Assembly: GCA_030697705.1 (NCBI GenBank)
Contig: JAUYPE010000017.1
Coordinates: 5,066 to 69,065, forward strand
Direction of reading: 5' to 3'
DNA length: 64,000 nucleotides
Source of the DNA: a bacterium
GTDB lineage: Bacteria > Patescibacteriota > Minisyncoccia > Sungbacterales > HO2-52-23
Below, piece by piece: positions 56,839-64,000 of the stretch. The notes beneath the pieces were generated by a model. That model saw nothing but the letters and a program-made list of their open reading frames with translations. It was not told the origin of the DNA and did not search any database. The stretch's first letter is position 1. Every line of letters starts with the position of its first letter. Made by a program: the position numbers and the translations under genes.

Positions 56839-57732
56839 CCGACCGCCACGCAATTTTGCAGAACGCGCCCTCCGGTTTCGCCGTACCTCCCCACATTCCG
56901 CCGTCAAAGGCTTCCTGGTTATGATTTCAAAAATACCTTCCCATGCTTTTTGTTTGAAAAAATTCTTCACCAAGCGGTCTTCCAACGAATGAAAAGAAAT
57001 AATTGCTAGCCGTCCTCCGGGCGCCAAAAGGTCAGAAACTTCCGAGAGAAACCGATCGAGACATCCCAGCTCGTCATTAACCGCGATCCGCAATGCCTGA
57101 AACGTACGCGTCGCCGGATGAATTTTTCCCTGTTGGAATCTCCGTGGTACACCCTGTCGTATCGCGGCGACAAGCATACCCGTCGTCATAATCCGTATAT
57201 GCTTCCGTGCCGCCACAATCGCCTGTGCAATACCTCGCGCGAATCGTTCCTCCCCGTAATCGCGAATCATTCGCTCCAATTCATCTTGTCTCCGATTGTT
57301 AATGATATCCGCCGCTGTCTCTCCCCCTCCCTGCCGGTCATATCGCATATCCAGAGGTTCGTTTTTTTGAAAAGAAAATCCACGTCCCGCCTCGTCCACA
57401 TGCCAAGAACTGAAACCGAGGTCGAGTAAAATACCGTCAACGCGCCGTATGCCGCAACGCTCCAGAATACCCCAACTGTCCGCGTAATTTCCCGCTACGA
57501 CCGTCACATTCGCCATTTTTTCTTTTTTGATGCGCTCCGCAAACTTCTCCATCACCTCACTGTCGCGTTCAATCGCAATAACTCTTCCACCGGACCCGAC
57601 ACGCCCGCGCAACGCCAATGTATGTCCGCCGCCGTTTGCCGTACCGTCCAGCATGACTTCGCCGGGCTTCGGATCCAACAGCGTAAGCACACTTTCCAGC
57701 AACACAGGCGTATGCATTAATTCGCCGGTCAT
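56818..57732 (-). CDS. rsmH: 16S rRNA (cytosine1402-N4)-methyltransferase RsmH (MraW)
   Basis: HTPVLL..V, DGTANGGGHT, SAM-binding motifs. Confidence 0.9.
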   Translation of the reverse strand: MTGELMHTPVLLESVLTLLDPKPGEVMLDGTANGGGHTLALRGRVGSGGRVIAIERDSEVMEKFAERIKKEKMANVTVVAGNYADSWGILERCGIRRVDGILLDLGFSSWHVDEAGRGFSFQKNEPLDMRYDRQGGGETAADIINNRRQDELERMIRDYGEERFARGIAQAIVAARKHIRIMTTGMLVAAIRQGVPRRFQQGKIHPATRTFQALRIAVNDELGCLDRFLSEVSDLLAPGGRLAIISFHSLEDRLVKNFFKQKAWEGIFEIITRKPLTAECGEVRRNRRARSAKLRGGRFIRPTA

Positions 57733-57733
57733 A

Positions 57734-58168
57734 TCAATAAAGACCTAACTGTCCCAGCTTCTCGGCGATCATATCGGTATTTTTTTCAACCTCGTTTTTA
57801 TAACTGTTCCATCGCGCCTCTTCCCAGATTTCCAGCCGATCATAAACACCCGTGATAACCACCCGCTGATGAAGCCCCGCGTACTGCTTCAGGTAATCGG
57901 GCACCAGAATCCTGCCCAATTGATCAAGCTCCACCTCTGCGGCACCGGAAAAAAGCAGGCGCAAAAAACTCCGCGTGTCTCCCTGCCCCATCGGCAGATT
58001 GCTTAACTTCTCCGTCAGCTTTTGCCACTCGGTAAGCGGATAGACGAAGAGACAATTGTTTAAACCCCGCGTCACAATTACTCGATCGCCCAGCTCCTTA
58101 CGCAATTTTGCTGGCACAGCAAGACGCTTTTTTGGATCGATCGTATGCGTGTACTCGCCGATAAGCAT
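57734..58168 (-). CDS. mraZ: transcriptional regulator MraZ
   Basis: Two MraZ/SpoVT-AbrB repeats (DPKKRLAVPAK ... GRILVPD). Confidence 0.9.
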   Translation of the reverse strand: MLIGEYTHTIDPKKRLAVPAKLRKELGDRVIVTRGLNNCLFVYPLTEWQKLTEKLSNLPMGQGDTRSFLRLLFSGAAEVELDQLGRILVPDYLKQYAGLHQRVVITGVYDRLEIWEEARWNSYKNEVEKNTDMIAEKLGQLGLY

Positions 58169-58218
58169 AAAATGAGAAAGATTTAGAATCGGAAAGCGGG
58201 AGTTATACCCAAAATCAT

Positions 58219-58266
58219 TTACTTATCCACAGAATCATCCACAATTCGCCACTTCCCTTATCCATT
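58219..58266 (-). promoter_or_regulatory. candidate MraZ operator: 3-4 direct GTGG(A/C) repeats at about 10-12 bp spacing upstream of mraZ
   Basis: Plus-strand atccac (58225), atccac (58237), gccac (58248), atcca (58260), 57-96 nt upstream of the mraZ start. MraZ is known to bind spaced GTGG-type direct repeats in its own promoter. Confidence 0.45.
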
Positions 58267-58316
58267 TCCCTACTTTATTCCACTTATGATCATTATGCAA
58301 GTTTTTCGAGTCATTC

Positions 58317-58348
58317 TTTGAAAAAATAAAAAACGGCTTATATAAGCC
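58317..58348 (-). terminator. rho-independent terminator downstream of the PRTase gene
   Basis: Stem aacggcttat / ataagccgtt with T-run on the minus strand. Confidence 0.6.
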
Positions 58349-58414
58349 GTTAGATTTGTTGAAGCGTGCGATAATGCACAGCTTATCTACAGTTTATCAG
58401 TTTCCACCATTCTT

Positions 58415-59098
58415 CTAAAATACCTCTATGCGCCCCCCGTCCTTTACCAAAGGAACTCGGCGCAAACAATACGGACACTGATCCTTATTCCACTCATTGT
58501 CGGCGAGAGGATAATCGGCAAGCGAAAATTTAAACCTTCCGCTTGCAGGTTTCTCCAAAGCCATGAGCGGCATCGCCCCCCTATTGATTACAGCCATTTC
58601 GCCGACGACATAAGCGCCTTGCCACAAACAAACCTCGTAAAGCGCGTTGAGCGTCTTGCCCGTGGTGTGGATATCATCAACAATGAGCACCGCGTTTGAT
58701 GACCCCAGTGTGAACCGGTTCAACGCATAACCTTCTCCGCTTTTTTCCGCATATGCCAGATCGGGAGGAATCTTATGCATACGCAAAAAGGCGTATTGCA
58801 GTGCGACACCCAAAGGAATCGCGCCAATAGCCGCAGTGAGGATGGTGTTAAAATTGCCGGCAAGTCCCAGCCGATCAATCTCTTCAAACGCCACACCGGC
58901 AATCGCATGCCCAACCGTAAAGTTCCCAAACGCGCGGGAAAGCTGAATATGTATTCTGCTATGCAACCCGCTCGCCAAGAGATAATGCTCACCCGTCTCC
59001 TCCGCATCCAAAATAGTATCCGCCCATCGGCAAAAATCTATCAACTCCTGCCCTTTCCGCATAGCTTCTCCTTCTTCCTTAAAGTAACTCTGTCTCAT
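58415..59098 (-). CDS. phosphoribosyltransferase-domain protein (ComF-like?) with C-terminal CPYC motif
   Basis: PRPP-binding motif VLIVDDIHTTGKT. Confidence 0.55.
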   Translation of the reverse strand: MRQSYFKEEGEAMRKGQELIDFCRWADTILDAEETGEHYLLASGLHSRIHIQLSRAFGNFTVGHAIAGVAFEEIDRLGLAGNFNTILTAAIGAIPLGVALQYAFLRMHKIPPDLAYAEKSGEGYALNRFTLGSSNAVLIVDDIHTTGKTLNALYEVCLWQGAYVVGEMAVINRGAMPLMALEKPASGRFKFSLADYPLADNEWNKDQCPYCLRRVPLVKDGGRIEVF

Positions 59099-60140
59099 TT
59101 ACCATCATCCACCTTCCATCACGCCGTGCCGATTGGTACGCCGCATGACACGCATATGCGACATTCAACCCCTGCTCAATCGTATGAAGCGATTGCGAGT
59201 TGTCCAAAGAAGCAAGAATGTCTAACCACATCCTTTTATAGAGATGGGCGTTATAGGAACTCCAATCGCCGCCATAATCCGGTTCTCGTTGAAACCGTAG
59301 ATTCAGTCCTGAAACGACCAGACGATCTCCCGACGAATCAGGTCCATATACCAACGAGCCATTCTCAAATTGGAGGGCATGCGCGACTGTTCGGTGGGCG
59401 TACATACCATGCTGACCTGTCACCGCAAGACACACTGACCACATCAACTGCCTGCCAGTATCAAACTCCAGCACCCCGTGCATCGTATCGTATCCGCCAT
59501 ACTTTTTCAGTTCGGGATACGCCAATACCTGCCCGACAGCCCAAACGCGAGTAATGCGCGCCCTGGCAAACAAAAGTGCGGTCATGAAGTTGTGGCTCAA
59601 GCCGCCGGCAACGGGATTATACGCCGACTCGGTTCTCCATTTTCCATCACCCATAATACGATCGCAATTCGTCATCATATAACTCGTTGAGCCGGTCAGA
59701 AACTGCCCCAACCGTTCCCGTTCCCACTCTCCAAGTGCCGCCTGTACCGGATACGCGAAACTATATTTCTCGCTGAAAAGCATTTTTTTCGGATAGCGGC
59801 GAATCAGATCTCTAAACGCGGCAATATCCATAGAGGATGTTGCTAACGGCTTTTCAATGAAAACATACTTACCCGCCTCAAGTACTCGCCTTGCAGGCGC
59901 GAGATGCTCACCATCCGGCGTTGCAATCACTACGACATCCACATCTGGATGAGCAAGAAGCTCCGCTTCCGCCTTGCATATACGGACGCCTCGCCATCCT
60001 TCAAACTCCAGCACATTGCGAACCTTCTCATGGTTGTCATAGAACGCCACCGTTCGTATACCAGCCGCTACCAAACCGTGATAATTACTCATACCGCCAT
60101 CGCCGCATCCGATAATGCCAACTCCTCTGAGTGTTTCCAC
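59079..60140 (-). CDS. Gfo/Idh/MocA family NAD(P)-dependent oxidoreductase
   Basis: Rossmann GIIGCGDGG, EKP motif (YVFIEKPLA). Confidence 0.8.
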   Translation of the reverse strand: METLRGVGIIGCGDGGMSNYHGLVAAGIRTVAFYDNHEKVRNVLEFEGWRGVRICKAEAELLAHPDVDVVVIATPDGEHLAPARRVLEAGKYVFIEKPLATSSMDIAAFRDLIRRYPKKMLFSEKYSFAYPVQAALGEWERERLGQFLTGSTSYMMTNCDRIMGDGKWRTESAYNPVAGGLSHNFMTALLFARARITRVWAVGQVLAYPELKKYGGYDTMHGVLEFDTGRQLMWSVCLAVTGQHGMYAHRTVAHALQFENGSLVYGPDSSGDRLVVSGLNLRFQREPDYGGDWSSYNAHLYKRMWLDILASLDNSQSLHTIEQGLNVAYACHAAYQSARRDGRWMMVNETELL

Positions 60141-60380
60141 AAAAAACCTCCTCGGTTTTCAACGAACACCTTATCCGAAAATTCTCTTTTGCCACAAGTG
60201 AAGCTACCATAACAAACTCAAAAAAGCAAGAGTACCCGCCCAATGCCTTGCTGAACCGCTGGTGCAGTATTCTTGAATTAGTCCGAACGCATTTCGTCCC
60301 GACCTTGCGTCGGGACGAGGAAGTCCCCCCGCCTGTCTGCGTGCGTACACGCACAGGCAGGCGAAAATTCGGAAAGGCGG

Positions 60381-60455
60381 CGGAGCCGCACCGCTGATTC
60401 AGCAGGTGATTCAGTAGAATCATCCTAGGGGCTCACCTACTGGGTGACAATTTTC
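60381..60455. repeat. left arm of about 75-bp inverted repeat flanking a single-gene cassette
   Basis: ggcggcggagccgcaccgctgattcagcaggtgattcagtagaatcatcctaggggctcacctactgggtgacaat matches the revcomp of 61377-61450 at about 92%. Confidence 0.7.
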
Positions 60456-60533
60456 TCGCTATGCGAGATCTGGCGTAGCCATGACAAGTTTTTCTTTGGC
60501 GGCATACTCTTGCAAACAAATAAAATCTGGAAA

Positions 60534-61196
60534 TCAATTTGATTTAATTTTTCTTTGTCTGCGAATAATGAAATATATTGTAACAATAGCAACTATGGCA
60601 ACCAACGACAAAACAATTTTCGATGACTTTTCTGTAAGTTCAACGCTGGGAGCACCACCCGGGCTTATTCCTTTCGAAGTAATACGAGATTTATCTACTA
60701 AGCAGCCGTCCAAGCTTGTATCAGGGTCATCTTTGCTAATAAGTTCGATAGGATTACCAAATGATTTACAGTTGAAGCCAGCAACGCTACCAGTCATCAT
60801 CGGAGACCAAAAACGATACTTTTCTCCAAATGACCATGCAAAAATAGATATGACATTTTCTTTATCAATGACGATGAGCACTTCCGCACCAACCGGCGGC
60901 CATTCTGCAGTAAGGCCTACTTTTTCGTCTTTTGGCGGCCACTCTACATGTATAAAACGACTTGGGTTCCATGTTGGGTCAGTTGAATACCCCGCAGATA
61001 AAATGTCAGTACTGCCCAATGGTTGGAATTTCAAAGCGTCGGTATCGTATGACACGATTTTCGCTGGCGTAATGATACTTGCCCCCTGCAATTCTTCAGC
61101 AAGATTAACAAGTAGGGATTCAGCGTTGGCTATCGTAAAAGCAAAAAATACGAAAGCAAGGAAAACAAATAAAGCAGTTGTAGTTTTAGGAATCAT
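60534..61196 (-). CDS. secreted protein with signal peptide and C-terminal TM anchor, hypothetical (inside the IR-flanked cassette)
   Basis: Start at MIPKTTTALFVFLAFVFFAFTIANA. C-terminal IVLSLVAIVAIVTIYFII + RRQRKIKSN. The overlapping plus-strand ORF 60481..61239 is an alternative. Confidence 0.4.
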   Translation of the reverse strand: MIPKTTTALFVFLAFVFFAFTIANAESLLVNLAEELQGASIITPAKIVSYDTDALKFQPLGSTDILSAGYSTDPTWNPSRFIHVEWPPKDEKVGLTAEWPPVGAEVLIVIDKENVISIFAWSFGEKYRFWSPMMTGSVAGFNCKSFGNPIELISKDDPDTSLDGCLVDKSRITSKGISPGGAPSVELTEKSSKIVLSLVAIVAIVTIYFIIRRQRKIKSN

Positions 61197-61376
61197 GGTT
61201 AAAAAACTTTCTTCCCTCAAAATTTCAACCAGAGGATGATCCGCCTTTGGCGGAAAAATATGGTTCCCTCCAGAGGCGGGCAGGCGAGCCGATGTTTTTC
61301 TCCGGGCTCCCGATTTGTCCAAGAGCGAAGCGATTGGTTACAAATCGCAGTCCTTTAGGGTTCTTTTGCGATTTTG

Positions 61377-61450
61377 ACCCAGTAGGTGAGCCCCTAGGAT
61401 GATTCTACTGAATCATCTGCCAAATCAGTGGTGCGGCTCCGCCGCCAGTC
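61377..61450. repeat. right arm of the about 75-bp inverted repeat
   Basis: See left arm. 23 nt upstream of the tRNA-Tyr 3' end. Confidence 0.7.
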
Positions 61451-61472
61451 AAAAACTCGATCAACGAGAATA

Positions 61473-61556
61473 TGGGTAGGGTGAGAGTTGAACTCACGAG
61501 GCCTATTAGACAGCAGATTTACAGTCTGCCCCCGCCCCCTACGGGTCTACCTACCC
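61473..61556 (-). tRNA. tRNA-Tyr(GTA), long variable arm
   Basis: Acceptor gggtagg / cctaccc. Anticodon arm gcaga ctgtaaa tctgc is identical to E. coli tRNA-Tyr. T arm gtgag ttcaact ctcac. Confidence 0.7.
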
Positions 61557-62341
61557 AGCTCATTCATAATCCATTCAAATCGTTCACCATGCTTGGGATT
61601 CTTCGGTTGTATTTCTTGAAAAAAACGAATAATTTCCGGACGCTTTGTTATATAAAACCTAAAACCGCTTATATGAGATGGGTGGTAATCTAAAAACTTA
61701 CACGCTCTGTGGATACCCTTCAAAAGCGGCAGTGACCTATTGGTAAACGATATCTGTACACCAAATCGCAACCGGTACACAGATCCGTCAGTGTCAAAGA
61801 AACCTCGCACCAAGCGCTCAAGGTACTGCGATTTCTCAAAGATCCATTCGGGAACGCTAACCTGCGCTCGTACTTTATTGTATACCAAACCTTCATCTTT
61901 CAGCCAATGACTGAGTGCTACGGATCCAACATAAACATTCTTATAACCTGTCTTTCGGATGCCTATTTTGGGAGCTACCCCAAAGAGTCCCTTCATGAGC
62001 CGAACGATATATTCCGCATATGCATACTCTTTTGTCCCCAGTGTTACAATAACTTGATAGAACGAGAGGTTGCCGTCCCCCAGCATAATCCCAAAGAATT
62101 CAGCAAGATCGGGTGAATAGGATTTTGGAATGATAATATCCTCGCGTCTTTTTGCGCTATACCCTTTTTTAAGGTACGGCGTTGATACAATGCCCAGTCG
62201 CTGTATTCTCTGAAATACGGTCTGCTCGGCGATACCAAGAATCTTGCCAACTTCTCTAATCGTTTTATTTTCAACGGTATAGAGACGGTTGAGTTCTTTT
62301 CTCATCTTTCCTTCTTCCCCATGAGTCCATCGCCGAGGCAT
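61547..62341 (-). CDS. LAGLIDADG homing endonuclease (double-motif) with N-terminal HTH domain
   Basis: Two LAGLIDADG motifs: FGIMLGDGNLS and RGFFDTDGSVY. N-terminal sigma-70-region-4-like HTH (TIREVGKILGIAEQTVFQRIQRL). Start at MPRRW. Last codons overlap the tRNA-Tyr 5' end (stop is the tRNA U8-A9-G10). Confidence 0.75.
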   Translation of the reverse strand: MPRRWTHGEEGKMRKELNRLYTVENKTIREVGKILGIAEQTVFQRIQRLGIVSTPYLKKGYSAKRREDIIIPKSYSPDLAEFFGIMLGDGNLSFYQVIVTLGTKEYAYAEYIVRLMKGLFGVAPKIGIRKTGYKNVYVGSVALSHWLKDEGLVYNKVRAQVSVPEWIFEKSQYLERLVRGFFDTDGSVYRLRFGVQISFTNRSLPLLKGIHRACKFLDYHPSHISGFRFYITKRPEIIRFFQEIQPKNPKHGERFEWIMNELGR

Positions 62342-62443
62342 GACACCATCGTAGCAAAACAAGCGTGATAAAGCAAGTTTTGCAATTGATGGCTCTACTA
62401 TGCTAGTAAAGACTTCAGACCAAGAACACTCCAATCTCATGAG

Positions 62444-62515
62444 AGCCGACCCCGAGAGTCGAACTCGGAACCTTCGCTTTACAAAAGCGTTGCTCTGCCA
62501 TTGAGCTAGGTCGGC
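62444..62515 (-). tRNA. tRNA-Thr(TGT)
   Basis: gccgacc ta gctc aatggca gagc a acgct tttgtaa agcga aggtt ccgag ttcgact ctcgg ggtcggc t. Confidence 0.7.
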
Positions 62516-63150
62516 ACCTGTTCATTCGTTTCTTTAACCACGCTATCATTCCTCTGCTGTTCAATTTTTATGCGGTGCGGGCGCGACGAGGATTGTTGTT
62601 GGCGCATACCTTCTTCCCATTTCGGTGCAATGTGAAGCGTCCGGTGACGGACGCGCACGGCATCGGGCGTGCGCACTTTATTCTGTTCATCTCTCAACGA
62701 CACTCGGTCCGTGGAGGATATCACCGGTACCGCTATGCGCACTTTTCCGCGGGGAACCAGAGGATCGCGGGTACGCGGTGCGCCATCCTGCCTTTCACGA
62801 AGGTGTCGCACATACTCCCCCATCCCGTTTGCTCCACTCGCAAACGCACCCGCGGAGCGAATCTTTTGCAGAAGCCGGACGAGCGCATTATCGAGACGAA
62901 GAATTAAAATATGGCTTTTCAGGATCATTTTACCGACAAGATGGAGAAAAAAATCACGATAGTGACGCCCACGCCAAAACGTGCGGAAATGCATCAAAAT
63001 AAGAAGGAAGCGCGCCGAATCCTCATGAAGACGCTCGGTAATTTCATGCTCCGAAAACACAACAAGCCGGGGCGCATATGCCCGAACGCTTCGCCAGAGA
63101 AGTACACCACTCGCCGCACACACGAACAACAAAAGAAGATCAAGGATCAT
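62506..63150 (-). CDS. hypothetical protein with N-terminal TM helix (uncertain)
   Basis: Long ORF with a plausible TM start, but high GC and several overlapping alternative ORFs. It ends inside tRNA-Thr. Confidence 0.3.
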   Translation of the reverse strand: MILDLLLLFVCAASGVLLWRSVRAYAPRLVVFSEHEITERLHEDSARFLLILMHFRTFWRGRHYRDFFLHLVGKMILKSHILILRLDNALVRLLQKIRSAGAFASGANGMGEYVRHLRERQDGAPRTRDPLVPRGKVRIAVPVISSTDRVSLRDEQNKVRTPDAVRVRHRTLHIAPKWEEGMRQQQSSSRPHRIKIEQQRNDSVVKETNEQVPT

Positions 63151-63179
63151 GATGCAAAGAAAAAGAACATAAGCTCCAT

Positions 63180-63764
63180 CTATACCTCAAAGCGGATAAA
63201 AGAGCCGATTTTAATATTCTCCCCGAACCGCCCGATCGCCTCATTGACAAACTCACCAACCGTTCTTTCCTGATCTTTCACAAACGGTTGCGTCATCAGC
63301 GAGAGGGCGCCGAAATGGCTTGCGAGCTTGCCGGTTATGATTTCAGCCACGATCGCGTCCGGTTTGTTCAGCTTTGCCGTCTCCTCCGCAAAACGATCTT
63401 TTTCCACACGCCGAATAGTGTCAGGAACCGCATCGGGAGTCAGATAGAGCGGATTCATCGCGGCGATGTGAAGCGCGATACTGTGAGCGAACTCACGGAA
63501 GGTAGGATTCCGTGCAACAAAATCCGTCTCGCAAAAAACTTCCACCATTGCGCCGACACGGCCGTTGGAGTGGATATAGGAATCGACAAGCCCCGCACCG
63601 GTCGCACGGCTTGCTTTTTTAATCGCGGCGCTCCCCAATTTGTGCTCAAGCCATGCAAACGCCTTCGCATGGTCACCCCCGGACTCTTCAAGCGCGCGCT
63701 TCACGTCCGAGATGCCCGCACCCGTGCGCTCCCGCAAATCCTTAATCTCCTGCGCTGAAATCAT
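63180..63764 (-). CDS. tsf: translation elongation factor Ts (short form)
   Basis: ISAQEIKDLRERTGAGISDVKRALEESGGD (UBA-like N-terminus) and EVNCETDFVARN-like core (EVFCETDFVARN). Confidence 0.9.
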   Translation of the reverse strand: MISAQEIKDLRERTGAGISDVKRALEESGGDHAKAFAWLEHKLGSAAIKKASRATGAGLVDSYIHSNGRVGAMVEVFCETDFVARNPTFREFAHSIALHIAAMNPLYLTPDAVPDTIRRVEKDRFAEETAKLNKPDAIVAEIITGKLASHFGALSLMTQPFVKDQERTVGEFVNEAIGRFGENIKIGSFIRFEV

Positions 63765-63934
63765 AAAAGAAATCAAAAGAATAAGAGGTCGCCCCACCCA
63801 GGACATTTCGTTCTCTTTGCTGGCTATTGAAAATTAACAAAGAAAACGCTCCTTTTTCGGAAAAGTGTCAGAAACAAACATTGAAGATCTCCCACCCGGA
63901 TGAATGGCAGAGCAAGACGCGCCGTTTTTGATTA

Positions 63935-64000
63935 CTTACCCACAACACCTTCTTTTTTCTCATCGGCTTTGCGATCCGCCTGCATCCTCAAACCCTCGCG
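63935..64000 (-). CDS. rpsB: possible 3' end of rpsB (30S ribosomal protein S2), 3'-partial view
   Basis: Open frame ending ...ADEKKEGVVGK* at 63932-63934. Conserved rpsB-tsf order. Only 22 codons visible. Confidence 0.3.

Noticed and set aside
60481-61239. 252-aa plus-strand ORF inside the IR-flanked cassette.
   Set aside because: It competes with minus-strand ORF 60534..61196, which has a clean signal peptide plus C-terminal anchor architecture. Kept only as an alternative; neither is confirmed.
1-64000. CRISPR arrays, rRNA genes, cas genes.
   Set aside because: No regularly spaced direct repeats with unique spacers, and no rRNA-like conserved stretches or Cas signatures were seen anywhere in the window.

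Overview
Mostly minus-strand 64 kb window of GC ~50-57% with several AT-rich islands. The gene content (short EF-Ts, Lys/Arg-rich RpoD N-terminus, many small secreted or anchored proteins, intron/homing-endonuclease load) suggests a small-genome, possibly Patescibacteria-like bacterium; this is inference only. Housekeeping blocks: obg; a dnaG-rpoD pair; the dcw cluster mraZ-rsmH-ftsL-ftsI-murF; trpS; rnj; secG; msrA; tsf with a possible rpsB 3' end. Five tRNAs were found by eye: Asn(GTT), Leu(CAG), Glu(CTC), Tyr(GTA) and Thr(TGT). Accessory content: (1) an AT-rich island carrying lexA, a restriction-modification methyltransferase with an N-terminal PD-(D/E)xK nuclease-like domain, a DUF3800 gene and an S-subunit gene, all co-oriented and running into dnaG-rpoD; (2) a tRNA-Asn gene split by a ~540 nt group I intron encoding an HNH endonuclease, abutted by a serine-recombinase remnant and an AT-rich island (retropepsin-like protease with a small partner, frameshifted NYN gene, REC protein, two ASCH proteins); (3) a SipW-type signal peptidase cluster with three SipW-cognate secreted proteins (two TasA/camelysin-like, one large lamin-tail-domain protein) and an FN3 anchored protein; (4) a copper-handling cluster (CopC-CopD fusion with C-terminal Ig-like domains, YcnI-like protein, GlcG-like protein); (5) a LAGLIDADG endonuclease between tRNA-Tyr and tRNA-Thr; (6) an inverted-repeat-flanked single-gene cassette next to tRNA-Tyr; (7) a frameshift-degraded IS1595-family element with terminal inverted repeats; (8) several families of small palindromic dispersed repeats, one adjacent to a duplicated tRNA-Leu 3' end. 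No CRISPR array and no rRNA were seen. All family assignments come from motif recognition by eye, not from searches.
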